IMG/VR virus record: IMGVR_UViG_3300023179_000184
Coordinates: 1 to 44,470 of that record
DNA: 44,470 nucleotides
Reading direction: 5' to 3' (one strand)
Source of the DNA: a virus
Lineage: Duplodnaviria > Caudoviricetes
In this document: in pieces, positions 7,309 through 17,431 of the stretch
How positions within the stretch are numbered: position 1 is the first letter of the stretch
Layout of the letters: each line of letters begins with the position of its first letter
Translations under genes and position numbers: made by a program
The notes under the pieces: model-generated
Database searches by the model: none
What the model was told of the DNA's origin: nothing
Seen by the model: the letters and a program-made list of their open reading frames with translations, nothing else

Positions 7309-9348
7309 ATGTCGGAATTTTTCTCATTTACACTCCCAACAGATTTTGTCGAAAAGTACAAATCGTTGGAATCACCCTTTGGATTCGTGGATGCAGGTGG
7401 CAACGCACTAGGTGAAATTACCTTTGTTCGCACCTACTCACGAGTCAAAGATGACGGAACTAAAGAACGCTGGTACGAAGTTGTACGCAGAGTTATTGAA
7501 GGTATGTATTCTGTCCAAAAAAACCATGCAAAGGAGAATCGTCTTCCATGGAATGACTACAAGGCACAGAAGTCAGCACAAGAAGCATTCGACCGTATGT
7601 TCAATCTAAAATGGACACCTCCAGGTCGTGGAATGTGGACATTTGGTACCCCACTCACAATGGAAAAACGTAACTCTGCTGCTTTGCAGAATTGTGCTAT
7701 GGTATCTACAAAAGACCTAGACAAGAATGACCCAGGTGCCCTATTTGCATGGGTAATGGATGCTCTTATGCTTGGTATTGGTGTTGGCTTTGATACCCTT
7801 GGAAAAGATAAGAACTTTAGCATCTATACACCAACAGAGCCAGAAGTTACTTATGTTATTCCCGATACTCGTGAAGGATGGGTAGAAGCAACTCGCTTGC
7901 TAATTAACTCATATCTTCGTGCAGGTCAAAATATCCAAAAGTTTGATTATTCAGAGATTCGTCCAGAAGGTGCCCCAATCAAGGGATTTGGTGGTGTTGC
8001 TTCAGGTCCTGGACCACTAATCAAACTACACGAAAAGATTTCTCATGTTCTAGGTTCTAGAGCAGGGGAGACACTGGATGCTCGTGCCATTGTTGACTTG
8101 GTTAACCTTATTGGTACTTGTGTGGTATCTGGTAACGTCAGACGTTCTGCTACCCTTGCTTTGGGGGCAGAAGGAGACGATGACTTCCTAAACCTAAAGA
8201 ATCCAGAAGTATTCCCTGAACGTAACTCTTACGACCCAGAGAATCCTGGATGGGCTTGGATGTCAAACAATTCAGTTTCTGCAACTGTTGGCATGGATTA
8301 CTCAAAATATGTTGACCGAATTGCTGACAATGGAGAGCCAGGTTTTATCTGGCTTGATGTTGCTAGAAACTATGGTCGTTTGGCTGATGCTCCAGATGGA
8401 AAGGATTTCCGTGTTATGGGATTCAATCCATGTGCAGAACAGCCATTGGAATCATATGAATTATGTACACTTGTAGAAGTTCACCTAAATCGTCACGATT
8501 CAAAGGAAGACTTCTTGCGTACATTAAAGTTTGCCTATCTGTATGGTAAGACAGTTACACTTCTTCCCACACACTGGCAACAGACCAACGGTATCATGCA
8601 GAGAAACCGTAGAATCGGAACATCTCTAACTGGTATCGCATCATTTGCTGATGAGCATGGTCTTCCAACTGTCCGTCAATGGATGGATGAGGGCTATAAG
8701 AAGATTCGCTTCTATGACAACAAGTATTCAGAATGGTTATGTGTTCGTGAATCAATTCGTGTAACTACTGTTAAGCCATCTGGTTCTGTGTCAATTCTTT
8801 CTGGTGCTACCCCTGGTGTTCACTGGGGTCCAGGTGGAAAGTTCTATCTAAGAGCAATCCGTTTTAGCAACCAAGACCCAATGCTTCATTTGTTTAAAGC
8901 AGCAGGGTATAAGATTGAAGCAGACCTTGTATCAGCAAATACTTCCGTAGTCTATTTCCCAATTGCATCTGGACACAAGAGAGCAGAAAAGGATGTCACT
9001 CTATTTGAGAAGACAGCACTTGCTGCTACCGCCCAGAAGTACTGGTCTGACAACGGAGTTTCCGTAACCCTGTCATTTGATAAGGAAAAGGAAACACAGC
9101 ATATCACTTCTGTTCTAAATATGTATGAGGGTCAGTTGAAGGCGGTATCATTCCTATCAATGGGTAATGATGTTTATCCACAGCAACCATATACAGAAAT
9201 TACAGAAGATGATTATGACTACTACATCGGTAGATTAGCAAAGATTGATTTTTCTGCTATCTATGATGGAGTAGACAATCTGGAAGCACAAGGCGAAGCC
9301 TACTGCACCACCGATTACTGTGAAATCAAAATTCCAGATAAAAACTAA
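7309..9348 (+). CDS. nrdJ: class II (adenosylcobalamin-dependent) monomeric ribonucleoside-triphosphate reductase
   Basis: PPGRG, LQNC, GNVRRSA, NPCAEQ (thiyl Cys), LCTL, TVKPSGS and C-terminal CTTDYC redox pair; GAAAGGTGG RBS; no small-subunit gene adjacent. Confidence 0.95.
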   Translation: MSEFFSFTLPTDFVEKYKSLESPFGFVDAGGNALGEITFVRTYSRVKDDGTKERWYEVVRRVIEGMYSVQKNHAKENRLPWNDYKAQKSAQEAFDRMFNLKWTPPGRGMWTFGTPLTMEKRNSAALQNCAMVSTKDLDKNDPGALFAWVMDALMLGIGVGFDTLGKDKNFSIYTPTEPEVTYVIPDTREGWVEATRLLINSYLRAGQNIQKFDYSEIRPEGAPIKGFGGVASGPGPLIKLHEKISHVLGSRAGETLDARAIVDLVNLIGTCVVSGNVRRSATLALGAEGDDDFLNLKNPEVFPERNSYDPENPGWAWMSNNSVSATVGMDYSKYVDRIADNGEPGFIWLDVARNYGRLADAPDGKDFRVMGFNPCAEQPLESYELCTLVEVHLNRHDSKEDFLRTLKFAYLYGKTVTLLPTHWQQTNGIMQRNRRIGTSLTGIASFADEHGLPTVRQWMDEGYKKIRFYDNKYSEWLCVRESIRVTTVKPSGSVSILSGATPGVHWGPGGKFYLRAIRFSNQDPMLHLFKAAGYKIEADLVSANTSVVYFPIASGHKRAEKDVTLFEKTALAATAQKYWSDNGVSVTLSFDKEKETQHITSVLNMYEGQLKAVSFLSMGNDVYPQQPYTEITEDDYDYYIGRLAKIDFSAIYDGVDNLEAQGEAYCTTDYCEIKIPDKN

Positions 9349-9356
9349 ATAGACAA

Positions 9357-9391
9357 GATGCCCTGTCGTTAATTCGGCAGGGCATTTTCTT
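9357..9391 (+). terminator. intrinsic terminator after nrdJ
   Basis: GATGCCCTGTCG-ttaatt-CGGCAGGGCATT followed by TTCTT. Confidence 0.85.
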
Positions 9392-9394
9392 ATG

Positions 9395-9403
9395 TGGTAG
9401 AAT
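9395..9403 (+). promoter_or_regulatory. extended -10 promoter TGGTAGAAT (leaderless)
   Basis: 7 nt before ATG 9411, with no SD. Confidence 0.6.
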
Positions 9404-9410
9404 AGAGTAT

Positions 9411-12400
9411 ATGGCTACTATCTCACATTCCTATGCAGAAAAAATCTTGCAAGAACATCCAACATCAATATATATATTAGATGATGAAGTTGTTCATTTT
9501 AATGATATTAATCTTAATAGTTTTAATTCAAGTTTTCCATCAACTACTGGAAAATTAATTCGCTGTTTAAATTTAGCAAAAGATTTTGGATTTATAACAT
9601 CGTCAGTAAATATTGAAAAGGTTGCTCCAATTGTTTTTGGTTCCGATTATTCGGTATTTTTATCTGGTTCTAATAGTACAATCACAATACCGTCAAAAGG
9701 AATATTTACTTATAATGGTAGATACAACAGTAATACTCTAGAATTTTGGACTAAAGTAGATAAGCCATATTTGGGAAAAAGAAAAATTGTGGGTGCTTAT
9801 TCTACAAATGACGATGGTAATGGTTTATATGTTAATCAAACATCTTTTGTTTTACAAATTGGAGAAAAGTCTGGCACAGCATATATAAAAGATTTTAATA
9901 GACCATTTCTTATTCAAATTGTAAATACCGCAAATTCGTCAAAACTTATAGTTAATGGAGAAGACCTAATATCTCTATCATTGTCTGATACAGATTTAAA
10001 TACATTAACTGATACAGAATTTTTATCATTTGGTCAAGGAACTTATGATTGTATTTCTACATATACTTATCAAGTTGATACAGTACAGGCTTTAAGAAGA
10101 TTTGGATTTGGTCACGGTGTTTCTTTTCCAGACAATATAGTTAGAAATTTTAATGGAAAGTCAGTAGTAATAGATTATTCAAAATCTAAATATGCTGTTA
10201 ACTATAATTACACATCGGGTGCAGGTTGGAAGCAATCAAAAACAGATAATTTAGTAGTTGAAAATAACTATATATCTAATTTTCAATATGAAAAACCAAC
10301 CCTAAATTCAGACACCAAAACAATAACTGACCTTGAAAACACAATTTCTGGCACAACATTTAATTTAAAATCTGGAACAATGTCCACTGCAATATCTAAT
10401 TTACAGATTGAAAAACTAAACATGATGACGCAACAAACAAAAGGTTTTTATATACACGGATATTATTCAAATGCTTTGCCAACATCAGACGAAGTTTTGT
10501 TTAAAATTGTTAATAAGAATAATTCAAATGAATATTTTTCTATAGTTGTTAATAGTTCTACAATCTCCTATAGAATAAAATATCAGTCATCAGACGAATA
10601 TGAAATTCTATCAGAAAATTCAAACAATCTTGTTTATAATTCACCAAATTTTAATTTTATCATTGGTATAGATATAGATGCTTTTGCAACATATTGCATG
10701 ACTCAAAACCAACAGGGCAGGGGAACAGATGTAAAAAACTTTTTTGCAAATCAGTCTGACCTAATTGCTTATATTGGTGGAGATAGTAATTTAACTATTT
10801 CAAAAACCTGTTCTGCAAATATTTATTCAGTTAAATTTTTAACAGATGAGAATTTATCCAAACGTTCATCTTTAGTTTCTGCATCTGGAACTTTTACATA
10901 TCCAGTAGACATAAGCAATGTTTTGACTACATCTGCATCATTGGCAAACAGCATTGTAGGTAGTTATGAAGTTAAACCATATCAAGATTATTTAAATCTT
11001 GCAAGCGTTGGATATAGACTTGGTGTATTTAGTAATGGTTATTGGAAAAATGCAATTCCCTTATCACAATTTTGCAAGGTAGAAAATGACACCGTATATC
11101 CATATAACTTTATTCAATTTAACATTGATTATGAATCATCTTTGCTAGAAAAAACAATTTCTTCAAAAAACTATTTTGATACAAATAGTTATGAAAATTC
11201 AAATGTAAAAACATATATAACCTTTGAACCAGTATCTAATTCATATAAAGAAGATTCTACTTTTACAACAACATTAGAGCCAAGTTCTGATAGAACCGTT
11301 ATTCCAGGGGTATCTTGGGAAACAACAAAATATGAAATTGTTGATGGCTTTGTAATTTATCCACCAACTGGAATAGATATTAGAGAATATAATCTAGTTA
11401 TACATATAGATTTTAATGTTGCAGACACTGAAAATAATTCTATAACTATTCAAAAAATGCAATTATCATCTCAAGCATATAATCAAAATTCTATAAAAAC
11501 AATTGGAACAAAATATGGAACAGAACTTATTCCATATACATATAATACTTCGACATCGACATATGACTATAATGGTTATAATCCATTCTTAATTAGTAAA
11601 AGAGAGAACCCATACACATATATGGGCAGGGAATCTGGAATCAGACTTGTTGGATTTGATACAACAGTTGCTAACACTGTTCGTGGAATTAGAATTCCTA
11701 TTAACCAAACAGCAAATATTAGCATGATGCAACTATCTATATTTTACAATGCTGAATTAGACACAAGTTCTTCTCCGTTCTATGCAAAATTTCCAAATTC
11801 ATCAGAAAAAGTATTTGAAATAAAGGCTCAAAACAAGACAGTTGAAGTTGTTTTAACAAGAACAGGAAACGGAAATACCGCAACAATTTCGGCATCATTA
11901 AATGGAGTGGCAGACAATCAGGTATTTTATTTTATAAACGGTAAGCATGATAATGTTCCAACAATTACTACAAATCGCTGGTACACACTTGGAATATTTT
12001 TTAAGGAACCACTTATATTTGACCCTAGTGGCGAATTCAATCTAATTGGCGGTATATCAATTGACAACCTATCATATTATCAATTTAAATTTGCTGCTGG
12101 AACCTGGAATGACCTAACATCATTAACATGGAACTCCATAACTCCTTATACTTGGAATTTTATAATTGATAATAGTTATTGGTTAAATAACCTAATAAAT
12201 TGGAATACAACGTGGAATTCCATAACACCATACACCTGGTCAATAATCAATAATAGCAGTTCTTGGGAAAATGTCTTAGGACCAACATCAATATCTTCAA
12301 AAAATATGTACTCAATGTTTACTGGAACAAATAGAATTATTGGTGAAACAAGTCTAACTAATAATTTAGGCTTGGTTGCAGCAGAATATAAATATCTGGA

Positions 12401-12440
12401 TAGCCCAATTAAACAAACTTATGTTGTCAGTGTGGCATAA
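9411..12440 (+). CDS. large virion structural protein with LamG/concanavalin-like beta domains
   Basis: YAEKILQEHPTSIYILDD N-terminus, TLEFWTKV...KLIVNGE pattern and ITTNRWYTLGIFF; Trp-spaced repeats near the C-terminus. Confidence 0.65.
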   Translation: MATISHSYAEKILQEHPTSIYILDDEVVHFNDINLNSFNSSFPSTTGKLIRCLNLAKDFGFITSSVNIEKVAPIVFGSDYSVFLSGSNSTITIPSKGIFTYNGRYNSNTLEFWTKVDKPYLGKRKIVGAYSTNDDGNGLYVNQTSFVLQIGEKSGTAYIKDFNRPFLIQIVNTANSSKLIVNGEDLISLSLSDTDLNTLTDTEFLSFGQGTYDCISTYTYQVDTVQALRRFGFGHGVSFPDNIVRNFNGKSVVIDYSKSKYAVNYNYTSGAGWKQSKTDNLVVENNYISNFQYEKPTLNSDTKTITDLENTISGTTFNLKSGTMSTAISNLQIEKLNMMTQQTKGFYIHGYYSNALPTSDEVLFKIVNKNNSNEYFSIVVNSSTISYRIKYQSSDEYEILSENSNNLVYNSPNFNFIIGIDIDAFATYCMTQNQQGRGTDVKNFFANQSDLIAYIGGDSNLTISKTCSANIYSVKFLTDENLSKRSSLVSASGTFTYPVDISNVLTTSASLANSIVGSYEVKPYQDYLNLASVGYRLGVFSNGYWKNAIPLSQFCKVENDTVYPYNFIQFNIDYESSLLEKTISSKNYFDTNSYENSNVKTYITFEPVSNSYKEDSTFTTTLEPSSDRTVIPGVSWETTKYEIVDGFVIYPPTGIDIREYNLVIHIDFNVADTENNSITIQKMQLSSQAYNQNSIKTIGTKYGTELIPYTYNTSTSTYDYNGYNPFLISKRENPYTYMGRESGIRLVGFDTTVANTVRGIRIPINQTANISMMQLSIFYNAELDTSSSPFYAKFPNSSEKVFEIKAQNKTVEVVLTRTGNGNTATISASLNGVADNQVFYFINGKHDNVPTITTNRWYTLGIFFKEPLIFDPSGEFNLIGGISIDNLSYYQFKFAAGTWNDLTSLTWNSITPYTWNFIIDNSYWLNNLINWNTTWNSITPYTWSIINNSSSWENVLGPTSISSKNMYSMFTGTNRIIGETSLTNNLGLVAAEYKYLDSPIKQTYVVSVA

Positions 12441-12442
12441 TG

Positions 12443-12451
12443 TGGTATAAT
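12443..12451 (+). promoter_or_regulatory. extended -10 promoter TGGTATAAT (leaderless)
   Basis: 7 nt before ATG 12459. Confidence 0.65.
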
Positions 12452-12458
12452 AGTGGTT

Positions 12459-12854
12459 ATGAATATAGATGTTAACAAAGATATTGGTCAAGTCATGCCC
12501 AACCAAATTGGCAAAACAAGAGTTTCTGTCATAGAAGAACCATTTTCAGACTATGGTATTTATGTATGGCAGTTGCGTTCTGGCAAAGTTTTGACAGATG
12601 ACAACGGAAATGCCCTGTCAATTGACTCAATGCGTGATGACCAATCAAGAATTATCCTATTACAAAAAGAAGCCTCTTGGCTAGGTTTTCCAGATGGTAG
12701 ACCAATCTTTATGCCAAATGTTCGCAAGGTATCCGATGAAGAATACTCAGAACAACTAGACCGTATGACACAAGGGCTAATTCCTTCTGAAACAGACCTT
12801 GGTGCAATCATCGATGCAAAAAAGACATTTGATAAGTTTGGAAGCGATGACTAA
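12459..12854 (+). CDS. hypothetical protein translationally coupled to portal
   Basis: Open frame with TAATG overlap to the portal start; function not recognised. Confidence 0.75.
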   Translation: MNIDVNKDIGQVMPNQIGKTRVSVIEEPFSDYGIYVWQLRSGKVLTDDNGNALSIDSMRDDQSRIILLQKEASWLGFPDGRPIFMPNVRKVSDEEYSEQLDRMTQGLIPSETDLGAIIDAKKTFDKFGSDD

Positions 12855-14452
12855 TGAGTTATTATGAAAATGCCTACACTCCTGCTCGTTTAGACGAAGT
12901 ACCAGAAAATAAAAATCAATTTGCAGACTTAGACCCATTCACAAAGTCATGGGATGACATTAAAGGTCTAAGTGGCATGAACACTAACTTTAAGCGTAGA
13001 AGTGCTAGAATGGCTAAGGCTCTTGGCGATGACGCTTACCTTGAATCTGCTGGAGCAATTCAAACTGGTATTAATGGTGCTCGTTCTACTGCAATTAATC
13101 CAGGAATTGTATTCCGTAATGCATATTCACTCTTTGACGTAATTACTCCACCATATAATTTATATGAACTAGCAAGTTACTATGATACTTCATTTGCCAA
13201 CCACGCTGCTATTGATGCAAAGGTTGAAAACACCGTTGGTCTTGGTTATGACTTTATTATTTCAGATAAAACTAGCCTTAAATTAGAGGCTGCTTCAGCA
13301 GACCAGATGGCTCGTGCTCGCAAACGCATTGAAAAACTCAAAGTACAACTTCGTGATTGGCTAGAAGGTCTAAACCAAGATGAATCATTCACATCCGTCC
13401 TTGAGAAAGTATTTACAGATGTTCATGCTATGGGTAATGGATATATCGAAGTAGGTAGAACTGTTACTGGAGAAATTGGCTATGTTGGTCACATTCCTGC
13501 ATCCACTATGCGTGTGCGTAGACTTCGTGATGGCTATGTTCAGATTATTGCAAATAAGGTTGTTTACTTTAGAAATTTTGGGGCAAAGAATGTAAACTAC
13601 ATTACCGATGACCCAAGACCTAATGAGATTATTCACATTAAAGAATACTCTCCATTAAATACTTTTTATGGTGTTCCAGATGTATTGGCAGCCATGCCAT
13701 CTCTTGTTGGAGATATGCTTGCTTCACAATACAATATCGATTACTTCAACAATAAGGCTGTTCCTCGCTATATTGTTACACTAAAGGGTGCACAACTTAC
13801 ACAGGAAGCAGAGGATAAACTATTCCGTTTCTTACAGACAGGTCTTAAAGGTCAGTCACACAGAACTCTATATATACCGCTTCCAGGAGATTCAGAAACC
13901 AACAAAGTAGAATTTAAGATGGAGCCAATTGAAAATGGTGTTCAGGAAGGCTCTTTTACAAAATACCGTGAGCAGAACCGTGATGATATCTTGGTAGCAC
14001 ACCAGGTTCCTTTATCTAAACTTGGCGGTAGCAGTTCATCAACAATTGCTGATTCACTAGCACAAGACCGCACATTCAAAGAGCAGGTAGCAAGACCAGC
14101 ACAGCGTAATCTTGAAAAGATTCTGAATAAGATTATCCGTGAAAAGACAGATATTCTAGAATTTAAATTTAATGAACTTACACTTACCGATGAGTTGGCT
14201 CAGTCGCAGATTCTTACTAACTATGTTAAGAACCAAATCATGGTTCCTAACGAGGCTCGTGAACTTTTAAACTTGCCAGAACGTGAAGAAAGCGATTCTA
14301 TGATTCAGCCAACTGCTAGACAGGCTGCAGATTCTAATGCTAATAACGCAAAAGACAGAACTCGTGATGGAGAACGTCAACAGGCACAGGCAGACAATAC
14401 AGCAACTACTCAGGGTAGAAATCCAAAGGGCGAGGGGAGACGTTCCTCATAA
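12854..14452 (+). CDS. portal protein (PBSX/HK97-like)
   Basis: HAAIDAKVENTVGLG, GNGYIEV, NEIIH..YSP...YGVPD, ILVAHQVP and PNEARELLNLP motifs; position before protease and capsid. Confidence 0.92.
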   Translation: MSYYENAYTPARLDEVPENKNQFADLDPFTKSWDDIKGLSGMNTNFKRRSARMAKALGDDAYLESAGAIQTGINGARSTAINPGIVFRNAYSLFDVITPPYNLYELASYYDTSFANHAAIDAKVENTVGLGYDFIISDKTSLKLEAASADQMARARKRIEKLKVQLRDWLEGLNQDESFTSVLEKVFTDVHAMGNGYIEVGRTVTGEIGYVGHIPASTMRVRRLRDGYVQIIANKVVYFRNFGAKNVNYITDDPRPNEIIHIKEYSPLNTFYGVPDVLAAMPSLVGDMLASQYNIDYFNNKAVPRYIVTLKGAQLTQEAEDKLFRFLQTGLKGQSHRTLYIPLPGDSETNKVEFKMEPIENGVQEGSFTKYREQNRDDILVAHQVPLSKLGGSSSSTIADSLAQDRTFKEQVARPAQRNLEKILNKIIREKTDILEFKFNELTLTDELAQSQILTNYVKNQIMVPNEARELLNLPEREESDSMIQPTARQAADSNANNAKDRTRDGERQQAQADNTATTQGRNPKGEGRRSS

Positions 14453-14457
14453 AAAAG

Positions 14458-14504
14458 TGGTATAATAACATTTGTATAACACTTTCATAAAAAGGGGCTA
14501 TAAT
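14458..14504 (+). promoter_or_regulatory. tandem -10 elements (TGGTATAAT 14458-14466; GGCTATAAT 14496-14504)
   Basis: The second copy is 7 nt before ATG 14512 (leaderless geometry). Confidence 0.6.
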
Positions 14505-14511
14505 TAATAGT

Positions 14512-15762
14512 ATGAGTATTCAGAAGGCACATTTTGACATTGACGGAAATAATGTCCGTATCTCTATGCCTCTTACAAAAGTAGATGCAGAACGCAGAAT
14601 TGTATCTGGATTTGCTACGCTTGATAACATTGACAAGCAGAATGATATTGTTACCCCAGAAGCATCTCTTAAGGCATTCTCTAAATTCCGTGGAAACATT
14701 CGTGAAATGCACCAACCAAAGGCTGTTGGAAAAATGGTAGCATTCAAAGAAGATAAATATTTTGACCCAGAAACAAAGAAGTTTTATCAGGGTATTTATG
14801 TGTCAGCCTATATTTCCAAAGGTGCAGAAGATACTTGGGAAAAGGTTATTGATGGAACTTATACAGGTTTTTCAATTGGTGGCAAAATGAATAAGTGGGA
14901 TGATGCATATGATGAGAAAATGGATGCTGCTATCCGTATTATCAAGGATTACGATTTGGTTGAACTTTCATTGGTGGATAGTCCAGCAAATCAGTTTGCC
15001 AATATTCTTTCTGTTGAGAAGGTAGATGGCGTTGATACTGTTGTTGGCAACGGTACACAAACAGTTCTAGAAAATGTATTCTGGGACAAAGAATCAGGAT
15101 TGGTAACAATCTCAGAAGAAGATTCTGCAGTTAGCCCAGTAACAGGTGCAACAATGCAGAACATAGGTTTTGTCGAGAAGTCAGATGCTGACAAACTTGA
15201 CATGATAAAGTTCTTAGTAGATAGTGCTAAAGGCATTAATACTTCTAAGACTATTAAAAAGGAGAATGATAACATGACCGATGAAAACGTAAACGTTGAA
15301 TCAGTAGATGTCGTTCCAGAGGCAGAAGTTGTAGTTGACACTCCTGCTACAGAAGAAGTTGTTGAAGAGGCTCCAGTAGCCGAGCCAGCACATGTAGAAG
15401 AAGTTGTAGAAGAAGTTGTTCCAGGTTCAGAGGAAGTAATTGCCAAGGCAGTTAATGAACTAGGTACAACTGTTACAACAGCCTTTAGCGACATTGCGGC
15501 AATCGTAAAGTCTCTAGCAGATGCAAATGCATCTCTAGTTGCAGAAGTTGCCGAACTAAAGAAGTCTCTTGGATTTGTTACTGCAAAAGTAACAGATGCA
15601 GAATCAGACTTTAACAATCTTGGAAAGCGTATCGATGCTGTAGAAGCAGACACTGCTTTCCGTAAGTCTGGTGACCTCGGAGAGGTCATTCAGGAACCAG
15701 TACTGGTGGAAAAATCAGTATGGGGCGGAAGTTTCCTCACAACATCCGATTTACTAAAATAA
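14512..15762 (+). CDS. prohead maturation protease fused to acidic/coiled-coil scaffold region
   Basis: RIVSGFA, DKQNDIV, IREMH (His), GFSIGG (Ser) and ELSLVDSPAN are HK97-type protease motifs; C-terminal half is E/V-rich then coiled coil. Confidence 0.9.
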   Translation: MSIQKAHFDIDGNNVRISMPLTKVDAERRIVSGFATLDNIDKQNDIVTPEASLKAFSKFRGNIREMHQPKAVGKMVAFKEDKYFDPETKKFYQGIYVSAYISKGAEDTWEKVIDGTYTGFSIGGKMNKWDDAYDEKMDAAIRIIKDYDLVELSLVDSPANQFANILSVEKVDGVDTVVGNGTQTVLENVFWDKESGLVTISEEDSAVSPVTGATMQNIGFVEKSDADKLDMIKFLVDSAKGINTSKTIKKENDNMTDENVNVESVDVVPEAEVVVDTPATEEVVEEAPVAEPAHVEEVVEEVVPGSEEVIAKAVNELGTTVTTAFSDIAAIVKSLADANASLVAEVAELKKSLGFVTAKVTDAESDFNNLGKRIDAVEADTAFRKSGDLGEVIQEPVLVEKSVWGGSFLTTSDLLK

Positions 15763-15786
15763 ATTTACTAGGAGGTGAAAAATAAA

Positions 15787-16932
15787 ATGTCAGAAGAAAT
15801 TATCAAAAATATGCCTTCAGGTGCGTCTCCAGTTTCTGGATACCCTAACGCTGAAGGTGCTTTCGGTACATCAACTAGCGTATCGTCAGGTACAGGTGCT
15901 TTTTCAGAGCACGGTACTTACTTGGCTAACAGCCCAACCGCTAACTTTGGTGTAACAACTGGTGCTAATGGTGTAAACCCATCTGCTACTGCAAGTCCGA
16001 CTTACCCAGGTACTGGTATCCTACGCCCTGAACAGGCAAGACGATTCATCGACTATGTTTGGGACGCAACCACACTTGCACAGGACGGTCGCAGAGTAAC
16101 AATGAGAGCAAACACAATGGAACTTGAGAAGATTAACGTGGGAGACCGTGTTATTCGTGCTGCAAGCCAGGGTGTCTCAACTTACACTAACACTGGTGCT
16201 ACCTTCTCTAAGGTAGAACTAACAACCAAGAAGATTCGTCTAGACTGGGAAGTTTCCTCAGAGTCACTCGAAGATAACATCGAGGGTGCTGCTCTAGAAG
16301 ACCACCTAGTTCGTCTAATGACTAATGCTTTCGGTAACGACATTGAAGACCTAGCCATTAATGGTGACGGTTCAACTGGTTCGTTCCTAAGTATTATGAA
16401 CGGATTCATCAACTTGGAAAAGACCAACCCTAACGTTGGTTCTGGTTCTAACCTTGGAAGTGCACACGAAGTTGTAAATGCATCTGCAATTACAGATTGG
16501 ACAACAGACAAGTTGCAAGCACTTATCTTGGCTATGCCTCGTAGATATCGTGCTATCACTAACGGTCTAAAGTTCTATGCTGGTACAGACACATTTGCTA
16601 ACATCGTTAAGAACAATGGTACTGTCTACAACGTCATCGGTTCTACCGAAGGAAGTCGTGGAGAGTTCCTTGGTGGTGCAAACCAGACCTTCGGAGGTGC
16701 TCGTCAGACTCGTGTTCTAGGTGTGCCTGTTCTTGAAGTTCCTTACTACCCTGCAGGATTTGTTGACCTAACATTCCCACAGAACCGTATTTGGGGCTTC
16801 CAAAGAGACATCACTGTGAACCGTTTCTACGTTCCTAAGAAGGACACAATTGAATACACTGTATTCGTTCGTTTCGGCATCGCCTGGGAAGAACTTGATG
16901 CAGTTGCATTCCAAGACGCAACTACAGAATAA
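15787..16932 (+). CDS. major capsid protein (HK97 fold)
   Basis: GILRPEQARRFID, VELTTKKIRLDWEVS.E.LEDNIE, DIEDLAINGD and VLGVPVLEVP motifs; AGGAGGTG RBS supports ATG 15787; highly expressed-type codon usage; terminator follows. Confidence 0.92.
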   Translation: MSEEIIKNMPSGASPVSGYPNAEGAFGTSTSVSSGTGAFSEHGTYLANSPTANFGVTTGANGVNPSATASPTYPGTGILRPEQARRFIDYVWDATTLAQDGRRVTMRANTMELEKINVGDRVIRAASQGVSTYTNTGATFSKVELTTKKIRLDWEVSSESLEDNIEGAALEDHLVRLMTNAFGNDIEDLAINGDGSTGSFLSIMNGFINLEKTNPNVGSGSNLGSAHEVVNASAITDWTTDKLQALILAMPRRYRAITNGLKFYAGTDTFANIVKNNGTVYNVIGSTEGSRGEFLGGANQTFGGARQTRVLGVPVLEVPYYPAGFVDLTFPQNRIWGFQRDITVNRFYVPKKDTIEYTVFVRFGIAWEELDAVAFQDATTE

Positions 16933-16961
16933 TAAAATTCTGTAATGCGTTCCCTTTGATT

Positions 16962-16991
16962 GGGGGTAGGGATAAACTCTCTACCCCCTTT
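16962..16991 (+). terminator. intrinsic terminator after capsid gene
   Basis: GGGGGTAGGGA...TCTCTACCCCC stem followed by TTT. Confidence 0.8.
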
Positions 16992-17002
16992 CGACATTTA
17001 TC

Positions 17003-17011
17003 TGGTATAAT
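17003..17011 (+). promoter_or_regulatory. extended -10 promoter TGGTATAAT
   Basis: Exact motif after the terminator; AAGGAGG RBS follows. Confidence 0.65.
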
Positions 17012-17038
17012 TAAATTAAAATCTAAGGAGGTTTTATC

Positions 17039-17431
17039 ATGGCTGAAAAAGAAAACAAGTCTATTGAAACACCTATTGTTGATGATGTAGTTGTAGAAAC
17101 AGTTGCAGAACCAGTAGTAGAAGTAGTAGAAGACAAGGTTATCGTAGCACCAGCACCAACAAAAGAAGTCCCAACTTTGGGATTTGATAAGGATGGTGTA
17201 ATGGGTTCTACCACAACAAAGGCTGAAAAAGTAAAGAAAGAAGAAGTTGTTAAAGTTGACATGCCAGTTGGCAAGGTTGCTTTATATTCTACAAGAAATC
17301 TTTATGCAGATGGATACGGAAAGATTAATGTTGGATACAACATTGTTCCTAAAAAGTATTCAGATTTCTGGCTAACACAGCGTGGAGTTCGCTTGGCAAC
17401 CCCAACAGAGGTTGCGGAGGCATTTGCCTAA
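17039..17431 (+). CDS. hypothetical head-associated protein
   Basis: Strong RBS; E/V/P-rich N-terminus and compact C-terminal domain; lies between capsid and adaptor. Confidence 0.75.
   Translation: MAEKENKSIETPIVDDVVVETVAEPVVEVVEDKVIVAPAPTKEVPTLGFDKDGVMGSTTTKAEKVKKEEVVKVDMPVGKVALYSTRNLYADGYGKINVGYNIVPKKYSDFWLTQRGVRLATPTEVAEAFA

Noticed and set aside
14512-16932. AxGG linker motif shared with capsid/scaffold, which would implicate the prohead protease in TMP cleavage
   Set aside because: Only loose GG matches (VWGG, FLGG, TFGG) are present and none fits [LFY]AxGG, so the sequence gives no support for this protease being responsible.
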